Shown here in pieces: positions 38,781 through 53,551 of a stretch of 64,000 nucleotides of DNA. The first letter of the stretch is position 1. Each line of letters opens with the position of its first letter. The position numbers and the translations under genes are program-made. The stretch comes from Octopus vulgaris (taxonomy: Eukaryota): the NCBI GenBank assembly GCA_951406725.2, contig OX597815.1, forward strand, positions 20,398,001 to 20,462,000, read 5' to 3'. The notes beneath the pieces were generated by a model, which was not told the DNA's origin, did no database searches, and saw only the letters and a program-made list of their open reading frames with translations.

Positions 38781-40167
38781 GTATGTAAAACTATTCCATT
38801 CTCTCTAATCGACATCTTTGCTTCCTGTTCTATTTGGCATTTTTTTCATATTGTACTAAACAAAATCTTCTGATTCCATAAATACTAACAAAAAACACAA
38901 AAAAACGCAAAGGAACTAAACTCTTTTTTTTATTATGCTGGCTACTTTTGAATGTGCAAATTTTCCTCTTTCTCTAATTTTCTCTATATTCTTTCAGCTA
39001 TATTTTCTTTACTGCTGGCTTAAAGCCATTTCTTTCTTATAATGGCATGGAATATTTTATACATTTCTAAAGATACATCTCTAATGTTCTTTATGTTAAA
39101 GGGTAAGAATAATGACATGGTCCTACAATGTTTTAGAGTAGTTTTTGGAATTTAACTTAGGTGGCCATTGCAATTATCAAGAACCTTTTCTCACCTGGGT
39201 CTCCCTTAACTAAGAGGAAAAACCAAAGCAAGTATGTCTGAGAGAAACAGCCAGTTGTAGGGGTTATTAAGAGTCAACAATGCTAGACTACAAAACTTTA
39301 ATGGGGCCTTTACTCAGTTTGTAGATTTAATGCATGGCTATTGCCTCCCTGTTGAGTTCATCTATTCTTCTTGACAGATATTGGTTTTGGTCTTAGATGT
39401 CCATACATCCTCCACAAAACAGGATGAGAACCAAGAGTGGCTCTGCCAATTTAGTTGCAAATTATTCAGTCATGGATAGGTAGTGCAGGTTTACACACTT
39501 ACCAGTAATAGATCATTTTGATCTGATCTATCTCTTTCAGAGAGAGGGAGACATGGCTGTATGATCCACAAGGCAGCTGCACAACTAGTTTCAGAAATAA
39601 TCTCACTATGACACTTTGGGCAAGTGTCTTTTACAATAACCTCAAAATGACAAATGCCTTGTGAGTGAAATTTGTTAGATGGCAACTGTATGGAAGCCTG
39701 TAGTATGTGTGTATGTGTATATTTTGGCAAGTGTTTTCTACTGTAACCTCAGGCCAACTAATGCCTTATGAATGGAATTAGTAACCTCTGTGTGTGTGTG
39801 TGAATGTTTACACATTGGAAGCATTTGAACAAAATGGTAACATTATGTTAACATTTGCTGTCAACAGATCATCTTCCAGCCCTGCACTTTCAAGACAAGT
39901 GGAATAAAATAATCCCTTATTTGAAATAAAGCTACAGATTAGTTGCAGGAAAAGCATCTGCCTAAGAAATAATGTCTCAGTAATAAATTTATGTCCAGCT
40001 CATGCTAAAGAAATGGTTATGGAACAAATGAATGAATATGCATGTGTCTCCATATGTCTTCACATTATGTTCCCCATCGACAAAATACCCGGGCAGTAGT
40101 TTGATGCATGAAATGATGTGGAATAGATACTTTAAGTAAAATTGGCATCAGTGCCAACAAAAAGAAA

Positions 40168-40525
40168 TCATCATCATTGTTTAACGTCCGCTTTCCATGC
40201 TAGCATGGGTTGGACGGTTGACTGAGGGCTGGCGAACCAGATGGCTGCACCAGGCTTCAATCTTGATCTGGCAGAGTTTCTACAGCTGGATGCCCTTCCT
40301 AACGCCAACCACTCTGAGAGTGTAGTGGGTGCTTTTACGTGCCAACAGCATGGGGCCAGTCAGGTGGTACTGGCAATGGCCTCGCTCAAACTTTTTACAC
40401 ATGCCACCAGCACAGGTGCCAGTAAGGCGATGCTGGTAACAATCACGCTTGAATGGTGCCCTTTTACAGGCCAGATAGCTGCTCTGGCAACGATCACGTT
40501 CGGATGGTGCTCCGAGCATGATCGT
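40168..40525 (-). mobile_element. SINE family 1
   Basis: (cat)n tail, core, degenerate modules. Confidence 0.85.
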
Positions 40526-42689
40526 TGAAAAAGAAGAAAGTGAGAGAAGAGAGGGGTGTTGAGGCTGAAATATGCCTCACACAGATGTAGGTTCAGAAGT
40601 GTATTAAGTGATGCTATGTGAAAGAGGAGGAGGAGATAGAAATTTATAACTGAAGACAGCTGGAAGTTTCTATAAGACACCCTTACTGTGAGCTCCCAGA
40701 CCAGATATGCGCCAGAAGCAATGTTCCAACCCATGTGGTGGTGACAGTAAATAGAGCCATAAAAGCTAAGAGACAAGTTTGGAAAGAACAGAAGAGAGGA
40801 ACAAGGAACAATATCAGCTTCATGTCTGGTATATTTAGCCAGGAGTGAAGCACTCCAAGTAAAAGGAATCTGCTGGAGAGGAAAATCAAAGAAGGCATAG
40901 GAAGAAGTGGTGAAAGTTGATCTCAAGAGGCGGCACTTCACAAGGGAGATAACAAAGAACTGTAACAAGTGACATGACACAATGCTGAAGACCCATCCAA
41001 ACTATGGATGCATGGAAAAATGAAATTTTAGGATAATTGTACACAAAAAAATAGAAAAAAGTGAATTCTGCAAATACAATCAAAGGGCAATAACTCTACA
41101 GCTTATTCCTTTTGGGAAGAGAATAAATTTTTTAAAATTATTATTATTATTATTATTATTTTTTCATAGATATTTTCAGTACCCAGTTCTTGAAATTACA
41201 GTACCATACATATGATGTAGTTAGTAAGTCAATAAAGTTCCATCAAGCTGAGTAAAAACTGTTACACATCATATTTCTCTATCAACCTCTGTCATCTCTT
41301 ATAGACAGTATAGTTTATCTGTATCTAGAAAGGTCCTCTTCATGATGCAGATATGTGCAAAGTTGTTTTGTTGTGGAATTCTAGTGTTGTCTATGCATCT
41401 AAGTCTTTGCTCTCCACATCCCTTAAGTTGTTCAAGGGAAAGGCGAAGGTTGAATCAGCTTGGCATTAGTTTTTTTGTAGGCGTTGTTATCAGTATGCAG
41501 AGGCTGGAGAAGATAGATACCACAAGGTATCTAATTTGACACTTGAACAGCTCTGCCAATCCACAACTCTTGGTTGGTACTTTCTTTAAATGACCTTGAA
41601 GGGATTTGAAGTCAGAGAGCAGAAAAGTGGAACAAATACAAGGTATTCTACCTGATGCTCAAATGAATCTATCTTCTACAATTAAATGCAAATTTAGGTG
41701 CTATAATTTACAAGATATCCAGTTATTTCTGGCACATGATAGTGAATGTGTAATCAATGGTCAACTTTAATGCAGATACATTAATTCATCAACATATACC
41801 ATTCAAGTGATTTTAACTTCAATAATTGAATAATTAAGTTTTACAACTCTAGTAGATATAAATATGTTGCTAATTAATGTTATCTATTGATTTTACAATA
41901 GTAACAAGAACAGAGATTTTTTCTATATCAGACTTATCTTGGCTTCTTTTAGTGACTGTGATTCAGTAGTTTAAATATATATTGTATTAAGACACACTTT
42001 TCACTCTAGGACACTTTTATGGTTTCTTATAAGTGACTTAGTCCACTTACATACACTCAATTCAATTGAGTTTTGATAATGTTGGACTAGTTATGTTATT
42101 TCCGTTTATTGAAGTTGAACTCTGATACGTGTTAAGAGATCTGACCCCCTTGATTTAACCTATTGAGGTTGAGCAAAAACTAAGCTCTTTCTGGACCACC
42201 AAAGTTAGGAATTCTAAACATTAACTGACTTTTGTTGGTAGATATTAGGCTTATTGTGCTTGAATTACAAGTGAATTCTGACTTCAGTTCTGAGAATATG
42301 AACTGATGTGTAGTGATAGACTTTAAACTTATTGTAGTTGAGCTGTAACTGAGTAGGTTTAAGATTCTTATTAACCAAAGGAATATTGAAGAGCATTGTA
42401 GAAATAATGGATATAATATAATGTCCAAAACAAGAGCCTGTGTATTAAGAAGGCTAAATTTTTTATATTCACCAAATGTAGACTTGGTACATAACTAGGG
42501 TAATAGTCAAAGTAAATGAGTTGTTTACTTTTATCAGAGTAATTTGTATACATGATAATAACCCATCGTTAAGAGTTAAGTGCTCACATTAGGTAATAGT
42601 GCCTTACAATTAGCATTATTAATATGAAAATCAGTATCAAGTTTCTGATTATTGCATCTGATATCCATTTTAAATGAACCAAGGTATTG

Positions 42690-43340
42690 AAGAGGAGAAC
42701 TTGTGTAACTTGATTATTTAACATACTTAGTAAAACAAATCCCTGTTTTGTTCCTGACACTTCTCCTGAAGTTGGCATGCTACAAACATCATGCTGATTG
42801 TTCCTTGGCCTTCTCTGAAGCCTCACTGATTCTCTAGTAGATGCCCATCAGCCATGTGTTGGGTGAGGTGGTTAAGGAGGACTCTTGTGGCTATTTTGCC
42901 AGTGATTACAAGGAGAGGAAGTCCTCACTGGTTGTCACAGGACTCCCTGTTTCCCTTGTAGAGATGGAAAATAGAAGCATCCTTGAACTCCTGAGGAACA
43001 ATTTCCTGTTGCCACATGGTCTGAGAGAGGTTGGTGAGCTTTTGAGTCAAGACTGGCCTCCCTACCTTGTATTTTTCAGTTGGGATGGGGGCCAGAACCT
43101 TGTGCTTTTCCATTTAAAAGAAGTTTAATTGCTTTCTGGACCTCTACTTTTGTTGGAGGCTCTGCCAGATAAGTGTTGATGTCAAGTTGGTGCATGTGAG
43201 CAATGGCCGCATCATAGAGGAGGGCCTGCTCAGGATTTTGTTGAAGTGCACTGCCCATCTTTTCTGGATTGTGTTTTTTGTCAATGAGGAGAGTGGCCCT
43301 GTCAGCACTGAGCAGATGTACTGAATAATCTATTGCTACA
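42690..43340 (-). mobile_element. RTE-clade LINE fragment (RT N-terminal)
   Basis: PPTKVEVQKAIKLLLNGKAQG and WQQEIVPQEFKDASIFHLYKGNRESCDN. Confidence 0.85.
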
Positions 43341-43947
43341 AATTGATAATGCATTAACTTGAGATGTCATGTAATAATTAACAATATTTATCAACATTAT
43401 GTGATATAAGAAAATGCCATTGCTCTCATAAGACTGAGAACAATATACTGATTCTGTATTTGGTCAGGAGACTTTGGTGAATTTGCCTTGATTTTTCACC
43501 TTAGTAATTTATAGCCAAGTGACTGTTTGTGGTATAACATGAAGCCAACTGGATCATAAAGGAGAATTGCTGAGATGCTTAAAATATGAAATGTTTGGTG
43601 CCTGCATAGTCAAACAGAAAGGTGTCCTACCTAGTGATTCTTGTAGCAGTATTACCCCTAGTTCTGTGGCAGATTTCCTGTATTTTAAAGTAACCCCAGT
43701 TAAAACATTCAAAAATTTCATCTTGATTTATGTCCCAAACACCAACTTAACGACAAAGTTACTTTACTGAATTCATTATTTTCAAAATTAATTGAAACAC
43801 AGGCAGTGTATTTCAAAAGAAATATTGTACCAAAAGGGTTAGTCACTAATTAAAGTACAGCATTGACATTTCACCTAAAAGACACATTAGTTGAAATTTA
43901 CATTTAAAATATTCAGCAATAAACTTAGCTTTATTATTATTATTAGT

Positions 43948-44130
43948 AGGCGCGGGCATGGCTGTGTGGTTAGGGAGCTTGCTTCCTAGCTACATGGTTT
44001 CGGGTTCAGTCCCACTGCGTGGCACTTTGGGTAGGTGTCTTCTGCTATAGCCCCGAGCTGACCGAAGCGTTGTGATTGAATTCGGCAGGCAGAAGTTACT
44101 GCCGTGTGTGTACATGTGCGTGTAGGTGCT
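43948..44130 (+). mobile_element. 5' part of SINE family 3
   Basis: ggcatggctgtgtggttag...gggttcagtcccactgcgtggcac. Confidence 0.8.
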
Positions 44131-44490
44131 TGTGCCTCTCCGAAAGAGAGAGAGAGAGGGATTATTATTATTATTGAAACAATAATAATGTTGTGAAGAA
44201 TTGTATAATATAGCTCTCCTAACATTATGTTTCTGCAGTGTTTGTATCACCAGCAGCATGTGATTTTGCATTTGCATTGATTAATTTGCTTTATCAATAG
44301 CAATAAATTGTCGGGTGTGCATCCTTTGCTAAAACTCTTAAAAACATTTTAGTACTAATGGTGGAAATAATAGCAACTCTGGTATATAAACATTTACTTT
44401 CTTTTCTCTTTCTAAGTTATCTTGTTAATTTTTTTTTCTAAGTTGTATTATTAATTTCTTATGTAGATAATTTTCTTACTATTAAAACAA

Positions 44491-44608
44491 TAAATAAGTA
44501 TATAAATAAACCCAGTAAAAATACTGCTGAACCCCTTGTCAGCCCAAATAAATAAATAAATAAATAAATAAACCCAGTAAAAATACTGCTGAACCCCTTG
44601 TCAGCCCC
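44491..44608. repeat. Local tandem duplication, ~60-bp period
   Basis: taaataaacccagtaaaaatactgctgaaccccttgtcagccc occurs twice. Confidence 0.9.
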
Positions 44609-44922
44609 GATTTAGCAAAGCTATTGTCAAAGGTGTTCCAGCCATGTCTACACCATTTTAAAAAATTTAAATACAATACACCAAGAACTACTTTATCCAA
44701 TTTTCCCTTTATATAGTTTTTAAATGTTAAAGATTCCAGGGAGATTCAGCAGCTAATTTATGTAGGTCAAGCAACTGTGTAGAAGCCTCCTCACTGGATG
44801 ACAGTGAATCCTATTTTACATATTATTCACTGAAATTGATCCTCTCTGAAAAATAGTTTCTTCATCTGAATCTCAAGAAATAGTCTTGATAAAGAAGGAT
44901 AAAAAAAAAAAAAATTCAGAGC

Positions 44923-45330
44923 AGGCGCAGGAGTGGCTGTGTGGTAAGTAGCTTGTTTACCAACCACATGGTTCCGGGTTCAGTCCCACTGTGTGGCACC
45001 TTGGGCAAGTGTCTTCTACTATAGCCTCGGGCCGACCAAAGCCTTGTGAGTGGATTTGGTAGACGGAAACAGAAAGAAGCCTGTCGTATATATGTATATA
45101 TATATGCGTGTGTGTGTGTTTGTGTGTCTGTGTTTGTCCCCCTAGCATTGCTTGACAACCGATGCTAGTGTGTTTATGTCCCCGTTACTTAGCGGTTTGG
45201 CAAAAGAGACCGATAGAATAAGTACTGGGCTTACAAAAGAATAAGTCCCGGTGTCGAGTTGCTCGATTAAAGGCGGTGCTCCAGCATGGCCGCAGTCAAA
45301 TGGCTGAAACAAGTAAAAAGAGTAAAGAGT
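44923..45330 (+). mobile_element. tRNA-derived SINE (family 3), full length
   Basis: A box tggctgtgtgg, B-box-like gggttcagtccc, accttgggcaagt core, internal microsatellite, (aagagta) tail. Confidence 0.9.
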
Positions 45331-48300
45331 GTGATCAATACATTCATTATAAACAAACTTGATTATTTAGTCAGGTTATTCCCAACATGGACATTTTACT
45401 TTGTGAAAAATAAACTTGAAAGTGCTGTTAAAACGAGTTGTGCTGTAATTAGTCAACATAGCTTTGTTGATGGAAATACTCAAGCCTACCAAAACTATTA
45501 TACTGCAATCACAAAGTTTATTTACTGAACGCCAATACTTCACACGCAATTTTTCACTCTTACAAAATTTCAGGTTAGCTGTGAAAAATGGATACACGAA
45601 AGTTAGCAGGTATGTGGTTTGCCGTAAGCTGGCAGGAGACAAGTTATTGAATTATCGCTACTATTCTGCTACTACTCTCGCTGCTACCTTCCTACTTCTT
45701 CATAATTTAGCTGGTTACTAAATTTCAAAGTTAACGAATGAATGTTTAGAGTTGTTTAACTCACCAATTAAAATCCATAATTATATAAAAATATTAAAAT
45801 TCGAAACCTTTGAAAGACCAATAACATAAAAATTAGTCGTTGATTACTTTTTTTTTGAAAATTTGAGTTACTTATTTTAAAACAATGTTTTAAAATTAAT
45901 TAATTAATATTTGTGTTCATTTTCTGTTTTTATTAACCATACTAATCACTTTTAAAAACCTAAACACATTTTATGCAACAACTCATCTGCTAATTTGTAT
46001 TTTAAAAAAATAAAATTTTTTATGCTACTATTTCTTATACTACCAAATTAATTCTACCCACCAAAATATTTTCCTAAATTTCCTAAATTTTCCTGAATTC
46101 CCTTTTCTGGTGGTTATTTTGATGATACCTTGTGTGGCTCAATTCAAAGAATATTTTTTCTACTTTGAAACTGCTTTTTGGTTACTGCTTCAAAAAAATA
46201 TTGTTTTCTATTTCATTCCAGAAGAACTCTCAGCTTATTCACTATTTTCAGTGCTTTACATAATCCATTTTCCCACCCTTTTCTTCAAACTTGAAATCTA
46301 AATTTTGAATTCTGTATAACTAAATATCTTTGTGGGAGATTGACAAAAATTTTATCTTGACATTTTTCTTCGCTTTATTTGCTTTCTCTTCTTTTACTCT
46401 CTCCTAATTTTGTAAATAAATTATGAATTATATTTCTATACTACTTTCATGTAGAAATGATATTATTTTTTCTTTAATTTCTGTGGTAATATAAATCTTT
46501 ATAATGATTAATGAATTGAACTCCTATTTTAGTTAATAAAAGGCTCAGTCTTTGAATACAGTTATCTGAAAAGTATTATCTTTATGAACATATGACACAA
46601 TAACTAGAATATGGTAATCAAATGGTATACACATGCTTCAATTAAATTTCTCTAATTAAATATCAGTTTTAATCTAAAAATTCATTTAGTTTAATTGGTA
46701 TCTGAATAATGTTGTGTAAATTAGAAATGAACCCATTTAATTCTAAGTTTGACGTCATTGATCTAAACCAAAAGCCAAATTTTATGCATGTTCTCTGTCT
46801 GTCTGTCTGTCTAGCACCCCCCCCCCCCGTCTCATATACATATATCCATACATACATATGTACGTTCGTTCGAACCCTGAACTGTAGCCATGATTGGGGT
46901 TAATTTTGAGTTCCTCTTTGAATCTTGTCACAGAACTACTTGCGTTATATCAGTGTACGGAATTTCCTACAAAGAACCATTGGGAATTTTCTGTTTTTAG
47001 AGAGGTTAGATACCTTTAAACCCTGCCTCCTCCACTGAATTTGAAAGAACACATTGTTAGATCTGGAGTAACTTAGCAAAAACAAAGTGAAGGAGACATC
47101 AGGAATCACTACTGCTTGTCTCTTCAACAAGCTGCAAAGATTTCTGACCTGGATTGGTAAACTGCATTATAGTCCTTAAGTAAATCTCTAAAACTTCAGC
47201 AGAAATACATAATCAGCTGCATAAGTATGTTGTATGCATCCCTGTAAATGTTTTCATTGTGTATAATCTGGAGAATTACCTCCATAATCCTATTATTTAT
47301 TTGAACTCTAGCTACATAAACATATTTTTGCTTTCCTCAGTATTTTCTATATCTACGTCTCACTTCTACCTCTTCTTTCTTGGTTTTCTACTCTTACCTC
47401 TACTTATTTCATGTCAAAGGTTTATTTACATTATTATTTTTTTTTTTTTGCATTGTTTTGTACCCCAAAATTCGAGTAATGTTAATTAAAAATCAAATGG
47501 TATTCTGAACAGTATGTATTTTCAGATGAAATTTTGTATTCTCTCAATTCAACAGATTTGACATTGCTTAAATATGGTATACATGAAAGTTAGTCTCATA
47601 GAAAATAGGAATTGTACCGATAAGTTATTTATCTGAAACTTTGTTTCTCAATAGAATGGATTAAGTTTGATTTATAACTTATTACTTTCCCTAGTTTTCT
47701 GCCTGTTCCATTTAAACAAGGATGTGTGCCATGAACTTTTTGTTTACTTCATTATATCAGCCAAAACAGTTACTTTCAATTGAAATTGATGTTGAAATGT
47801 TTTCAGTTTTGATGTTGATTCTCACATTTCCTTGATTATCGTGGGGACAGTTACCATTCACCTGGAAGCTGAGCACTTTCTTTAGCACCCTATCTATTTC
47901 CCCACTATTTACAATCTTCTCAATGTCAAACAGTTCAAGGTTACCTCTTACATCTTGGGAAAGTGCTTTTTACAACTGACATTTTGAGTGGGGTAGTCAC
48001 AAATACTGTGTAGACAGGCTTTTTACTCTAACCCCTGATTATAACAGGGAATAGAGCAATTATCTGAATGAATACAAGTCCCATTATTTGAAATAATCCT
48101 CTTATATAGAACTTCACTTCTAACTTAATAAGATTTCACTTTACTTAATACAATCATCACCAGAAAAACAGTTTCCCATGTGCTCCAAATAATGAAGAAT
48201 AGATAAATCAATTCTGCTTCTTCATCTAAAAATTAGTTATTAAAAGCATGTCTTGTATTAAACTCGATATGTGATGGATATACAAAATTTAAGAATCAAT

Positions 48301-49497
48301 CTTATAAACTATAGTATAGTTTTTCCTAATGCTGAATGCTAGTAGGCTCTGTTATAATAGCTTCATTTTTTTTGGCCTTGTGGATGTTTCATATCCTATA
48401 ACCTTGTTAAATATAAAATTAATTTTGCTCTCTTTTGGGCTGGGTTAAATTGCTTCTCTCTCTCCTGTTTTATTTTGTCTTTTATTTCTAAATGAGATCA
48501 ATTACAGTAGATAAGAAATAGCCAAACTGTGTGTGTGTGTGTGTGTGTTTTAAAAATATGACTAAATATTTCTAATAATTTTCTGTTAAGTTTTTCAAAT
48601 TTACAAAAAAAAACCCAATCATTTTATTTCCAATTCTGAAATATTAAAAACAGGTAAAAAATCTTTGATACAGTTATAAATGTGCATTTTAGGAAGATAG
48701 TGGCATTTATTTTGAGTAAAGAAAAACTACATCTTTTGGTGTATAGGTAGTTGATTTGACCATTTCTGGTCTTTAAGTTGTTTACCAAAATGAAAGTGTG
48801 TGTGTATATACAAAAATACAGGCACACATAGATGTTTTCAAATATTCCTTCTGTTGCTGCAAACCTGAAATATTTTAAATCTTGATTTGTCTTTTATGAC
48901 AAGAAAGGTAAAAGAGAAAAAAAAATATTTTCTTTAAGACCATTTCAGAAAGTTTTGCTATGAAAGATGCAAAATTTGCACTAGCGAGTTCTGTTGGGTT
49001 TGTTCCTATTGTTATCTCCCTTGTGTTATAATTCTTCAAACACGAGCATATGCCACTGCTTTAAAGAAGTCTAGTACATCACTGACGTATATGATCAAAT
49101 TTTAACAGATTTATTAATTAGATTCAAAAATGTTCACTTCCTCTATCCTTTGTTATTCCCACCAACCCTGCTTCTTATTCTTTCTTGTTTTTTTTTGTTT
49201 TTTTCTCCTCAGTTTGTAAGAATTTTACTTTTGTTTTATTAGCAATTTTTTTCAAATTAAATGTTTTCCAAGAACTGAGAGAATATTTTTTTCAATCTTT
49301 AAACTATTTTATCCCACTGGACTAAAAAGAAAGAATAATTTTTCCATTTTGTTTTTGAGCATTATGCACACATACACAGACAAATGATAAAACTGAAGGT
49401 TCTAGCCAGTCTATACTAGAATCATACAAGAAAATGTTATCTATTTATCAGTTACCTGACACAAGCATAATATTGTTTTACTGGAAGTATGAATACA

Positions 49498-49870
49498 ATC
49501 ATCATCATCATCATTATCATCATCGTTTAGTGTCTGCTTTCCATGCTAGCATGGGTTGGACGGTTCAACTGGGATCTGGGAAGCCAGAAGGCTGCACCAG
49601 GCCCAGTCTGATCTGGCAATGTTTCTATGGCTGGATCCCCTTCCTAACGCCAACCACTCCGTGAGTGTAGTGGGTGCTTTTTACGTGCCACACGAGGCTG
49701 GCAAACGGACACGATCGGATGGTGCTTTTTACATGCCACTGGCATGGGAGCCAGGCGAGGCTGGCAACAGCCACGAACGGATGGTGCTTCTTACGTGCCA
49801 CCGGTACGAGGCCAGTCGGGGCGGCGCTGGCAACGGCCACGTTCGGATGGTTCTCTTAAGTGCCACCGGC
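49498..49870 (-). mobile_element. SINE family 1
   Basis: (cat)n tail, core, four modules. Confidence 0.88.
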
Positions 49871-50811
49871 ATTGGTATCACAGCTGCAATTTCCATTGAT
49901 GTTGATCGATTTCGATTCTCACTTGCCTCAACAGGTCTTCACATGTAGAGTTTTGTGTCCCAAGAAGGAAGCTTTTATTAATAAATACTGTATCAGTTCA
50001 AATAGACTCTCATAGCATAACTATCATGTCGGCATGTTACATGTCGGCATGTGTTGGATAAGTCTTCTCTAGTACAACATCTTGAGATTGCCTTCTCAAC
50101 TTTTCCCCATGCCTTCCATGGTTTTCTTCTCCTGCAGGCTCCTCTTTGAATTGCTTGGCATCTCTTCCCCTAGCTATCATCCCCTTATATGCATCATATG
50201 CTCATACTATTGCTGTTTTCTTTCTTATATGCTACAGCAAAATACTCTGATACCTATTTTAAATCTCAGCTTATCTACGTTCCATTGTTCATGCATGTAT
50301 GATGATATTATACATCCAGCAGAACATGTCTTGCTACCATGCAATATTGCGTTTAGTACTGAAGCATTATACAATCCGTTCTTCATTCAGAAAAAGAGAG
50401 GAGCAGCATTAGAACCCCACCCCCACACACACACTCTGCATCAGTTCGTATTTGGAGTTACTATCCTGCTAGTTGAGGAACTCAAGAAGTGGTTTGCAGA
50501 GTCCATGTCGTGTTCACACATTCCAACTCAAGGGAGTGGAGAAGAGTTTAGCTACCAAAATGAGAATGCGAGTCTGTTCAAATGGCTCTGAATTTCATTG
50601 AACCATTAATAAATTCCTTTCTGTAATTTGTAACCTCAACTGGTCACTTTGTTTTAAGAGCCGCATATCTCCATTATATTCAAAATATTGGTTGCTGTCT
50701 GCTAGTATTGAGGATTGGCACAGTCCAATAAAATACGGAGCTTTCTTTTTTGAAAAATATGAAAGAGGTAGATAGTAAACCTGTAATCTCTCTTTCTCTC
50801 TCTCTCTCTCT

Positions 50812-50856
<45 letters not shown>

Positions 50857-51865
50857 CATACTGGGAGAAAGGAAAGAACGACGCGAGGGCGCTCAGTCAT
50901 ACATTAATGTAATAAATAAAATATATATATATATATATATATATATCTTGCTCTCTATCTCTCTCTCTATCTCACCCACACATCATCATCATCATCATCA
51001 CCATCATTTTAATGTCCACTTTTCCATGCTTACATGGGTTGGACAGAATATGTTGAGTTAGATTTTCTGTGGCAGATGCTCTTTCTGTCACCAACCTTCA
51101 CATATTTTCACTGAATATTGGAAATGGACACTGCCTGCATTACAGTGACACTTGTCCACAACCATCAAAGCAAGGAAATAGTAACACACACACTTTAGGG
51201 TTGTATGCTGTGAGTTCTTTAGTATTGCAATCTTTTATATATATTTTTTGAGTCAACAGAAATGTAATATGTTTGTCATAGTGTTTTAATAATAATAATC
51301 ATTATTGCATTGCTGTAACTGCAAATTGTGTGTGTGAATGAGAGAGAGAGAGAAACTGTGTTTCCTTCTCTTCACATCATGTGATAGTTGTAGATGAGTA
51401 TCCCTGTCATACAAGCAGTGTCACTCATTTCCAGTATTCTACGTAAGCAGGTTTAGTAATAAGGAAATATTATCTTGCTTGGAAACAGGGGAGAGATTGT
51501 GACAAGGAGGGCATCCAGCCACAGAAAATCTGCCTCAATAAACTCAATCTGACCCATGGACGCATGAGAAAGTGGACATTAGACATTTACAGAACATCAG
51601 GAAAAGATTTTTCTTTATTGGATGTAAAATTGATTTTTTTTTTTATATTTCAGTTTTCAGTATTTTGTATATACATGGACTATATTGTAAAATATTTTAG
51701 TTATCTAGAAAAATATGTTGAAGTTTAATTGTTAAATTCAACTTAGTTGACTATTTTCTTTTATTTTGAGTTCCTTTACTTTCTTCACTTTAGGGATTAA
51801 ATCTATACAAATTATTTGCAAGTTAAACTGAAACAATGCCTATACCTTTTTAAAATTGTATTAAA

Positions 51866-52050
51866 GTGCAGGTGGCACGTAAAAAGCACCCACTACACTT
51901 GCGGAGTGGTTGGCGTTAGGAAGGGCATCCAGCTGTAGAAACACTGCCAGATCAGACTGGAGCCTGGAGCAGCCCCTGGCTCCCCAGACCCCGGTCGAAC
52001 CGTCCAACCCATGCTAGTGCGGAAAACAGACGTTAAACGATGATGATGAT
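51866..52050 (+). mobile_element. SINE family 1, 5'-truncated
   Basis: one module, core, (gat)n tail. Confidence 0.88.
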
Positions 52051-52501
52051 GTAAAACATTAATTAAAAAAAAAACTAATATTTTTATATATTATTATTTA
52101 ATATCAAATCAAATAGAGAAACAATTTTTCAAATGTTGAATGATAGGATAATGAAGGAAAAGAAAAATTACAGCTTCTACTTTTAAGTTTATCTTTGGGA
52201 ATTTTGAAAAAGTTATCCATCTGCAAAATCTTCACCTACATTTGGTACCTGAATCTCTGTTTATGGTTTCACCCATTTCTTGAATTTGAGGTTTCCTATC
52301 AGTTTGCTCTTTCTGTATCTCCCAATCTTCCTGTATCTCTCTGATGTAATTTGTTAGCTCTGGTGTGTCTCCAGACATGGTTATGTTCTCCACACTCATC
52401 TCTTATCATGAACAACCTATCTACTAGTGCCATTTATTTTTGTTTTTAGTGGGGTATAGACATTAAAAAAATATATAATATCCATTATGTTCTGGTGTTT
52501 A

Positions 52502-52537
<36 letters not shown>

Positions 52538-52834
52538 GCATCCTAATTTGTTTAAATGAGATATTTTTTGGTGGTAGTGCTCAATAAATAATTTAGAATT
52601 AAGTAGTTATGACTGTTAGACCACACAGTTGCTGAGTCAAAACTGTATGTTAGCATGACAATATTTCTAATGAAATGCACAGTGAATGTATTTCAATTAT
52701 CTCAGTAAAGAATCAAGAACTTGGAGCAGTTTAATAAATATCATTTACATTATTAAGCTAATGTCTGCAAATAGACTCTTCCTACATAAAATCATGACAC
52801 AAACATGTTTAAATAGATAGTTTATATTCTAGAA

Positions 52835-53310
52835 CAGGGGTCGCTAAAGGAGGTCTGAGAGGAATTACAGGAGTTCAATGATAGCCAAGGGGTCGAATGG
52901 GGGTTGGTGTGTGAAAGACCAGCTCACTCATGTTCATCCCTCACATTGATGTTGTCAATTTCAATAAAAGATATTCCAGCAATATGATGTGTTTTCCACA
53001 TTTTCTAACCATGGAAACAACTTCATAAAAATTGAAAGCTTAATACTGTATACACGTAGTTTTAAATGTAAAATGTGTGTCATCTTCAATAGAATTTCTT
53101 AATTTCTCGCACATTTATATTTTAGCTAATGTTTTAATTGCCAGCATCAGTACCCAGTATGCATTTAAGATATGGTACGGTAGGGTAGGGTATTAAGATA
53201 TTTAAATGGGGAGGGTGGTTGATGCAGAAGGTGAGGTAGCTAAAGGGGGTCAATATGGAAGGAGAAGTGGTTAAAGGGAGTTGATGGTTGAAAAAGTTTG
53301 GTGACCCTTG
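52835..53310. mobile_element. hAT (Charlie-like) MITE
   Basis: TIRs caggggtcgctaaa / tttggtgacccttg; 8-bp TSD ttctagaa at 52827-52834 and 53311-53318. Confidence 0.85.
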
Positions 53311-53551
53311 TTCTAGAACCTGGTCTCAGGTAGGTTGATATGGAAAAGGTTTAGAACATAAAAAATTTATCACCTCTGTAAAGTAACTGACTTACAAAGC
53401 ACACACATTCCACTTCACACTACAATATTGTTCACATTCCTGGAACAGACAAATGCCATATAAATGAACATTCTAGACAACATTAAAAGTCAAAGAAGTC
53501 ATGTGATTGACAGATCTTCACATACTACTGCACCACAGCCATGGTACTAGA

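Noticed and set aside
37550-43340. One RTE element apparently split by dynamin exon 38593-38780 (fragments are collinear on the minus strand)
   Set aside because: The exon is ancient conserved dynamin sequence, so two independent insertions are far more parsimonious
47556-47576. 21-nt AG/GT-bounded segment
   Set aside because: In-frame TAA in the required phase and poor donor
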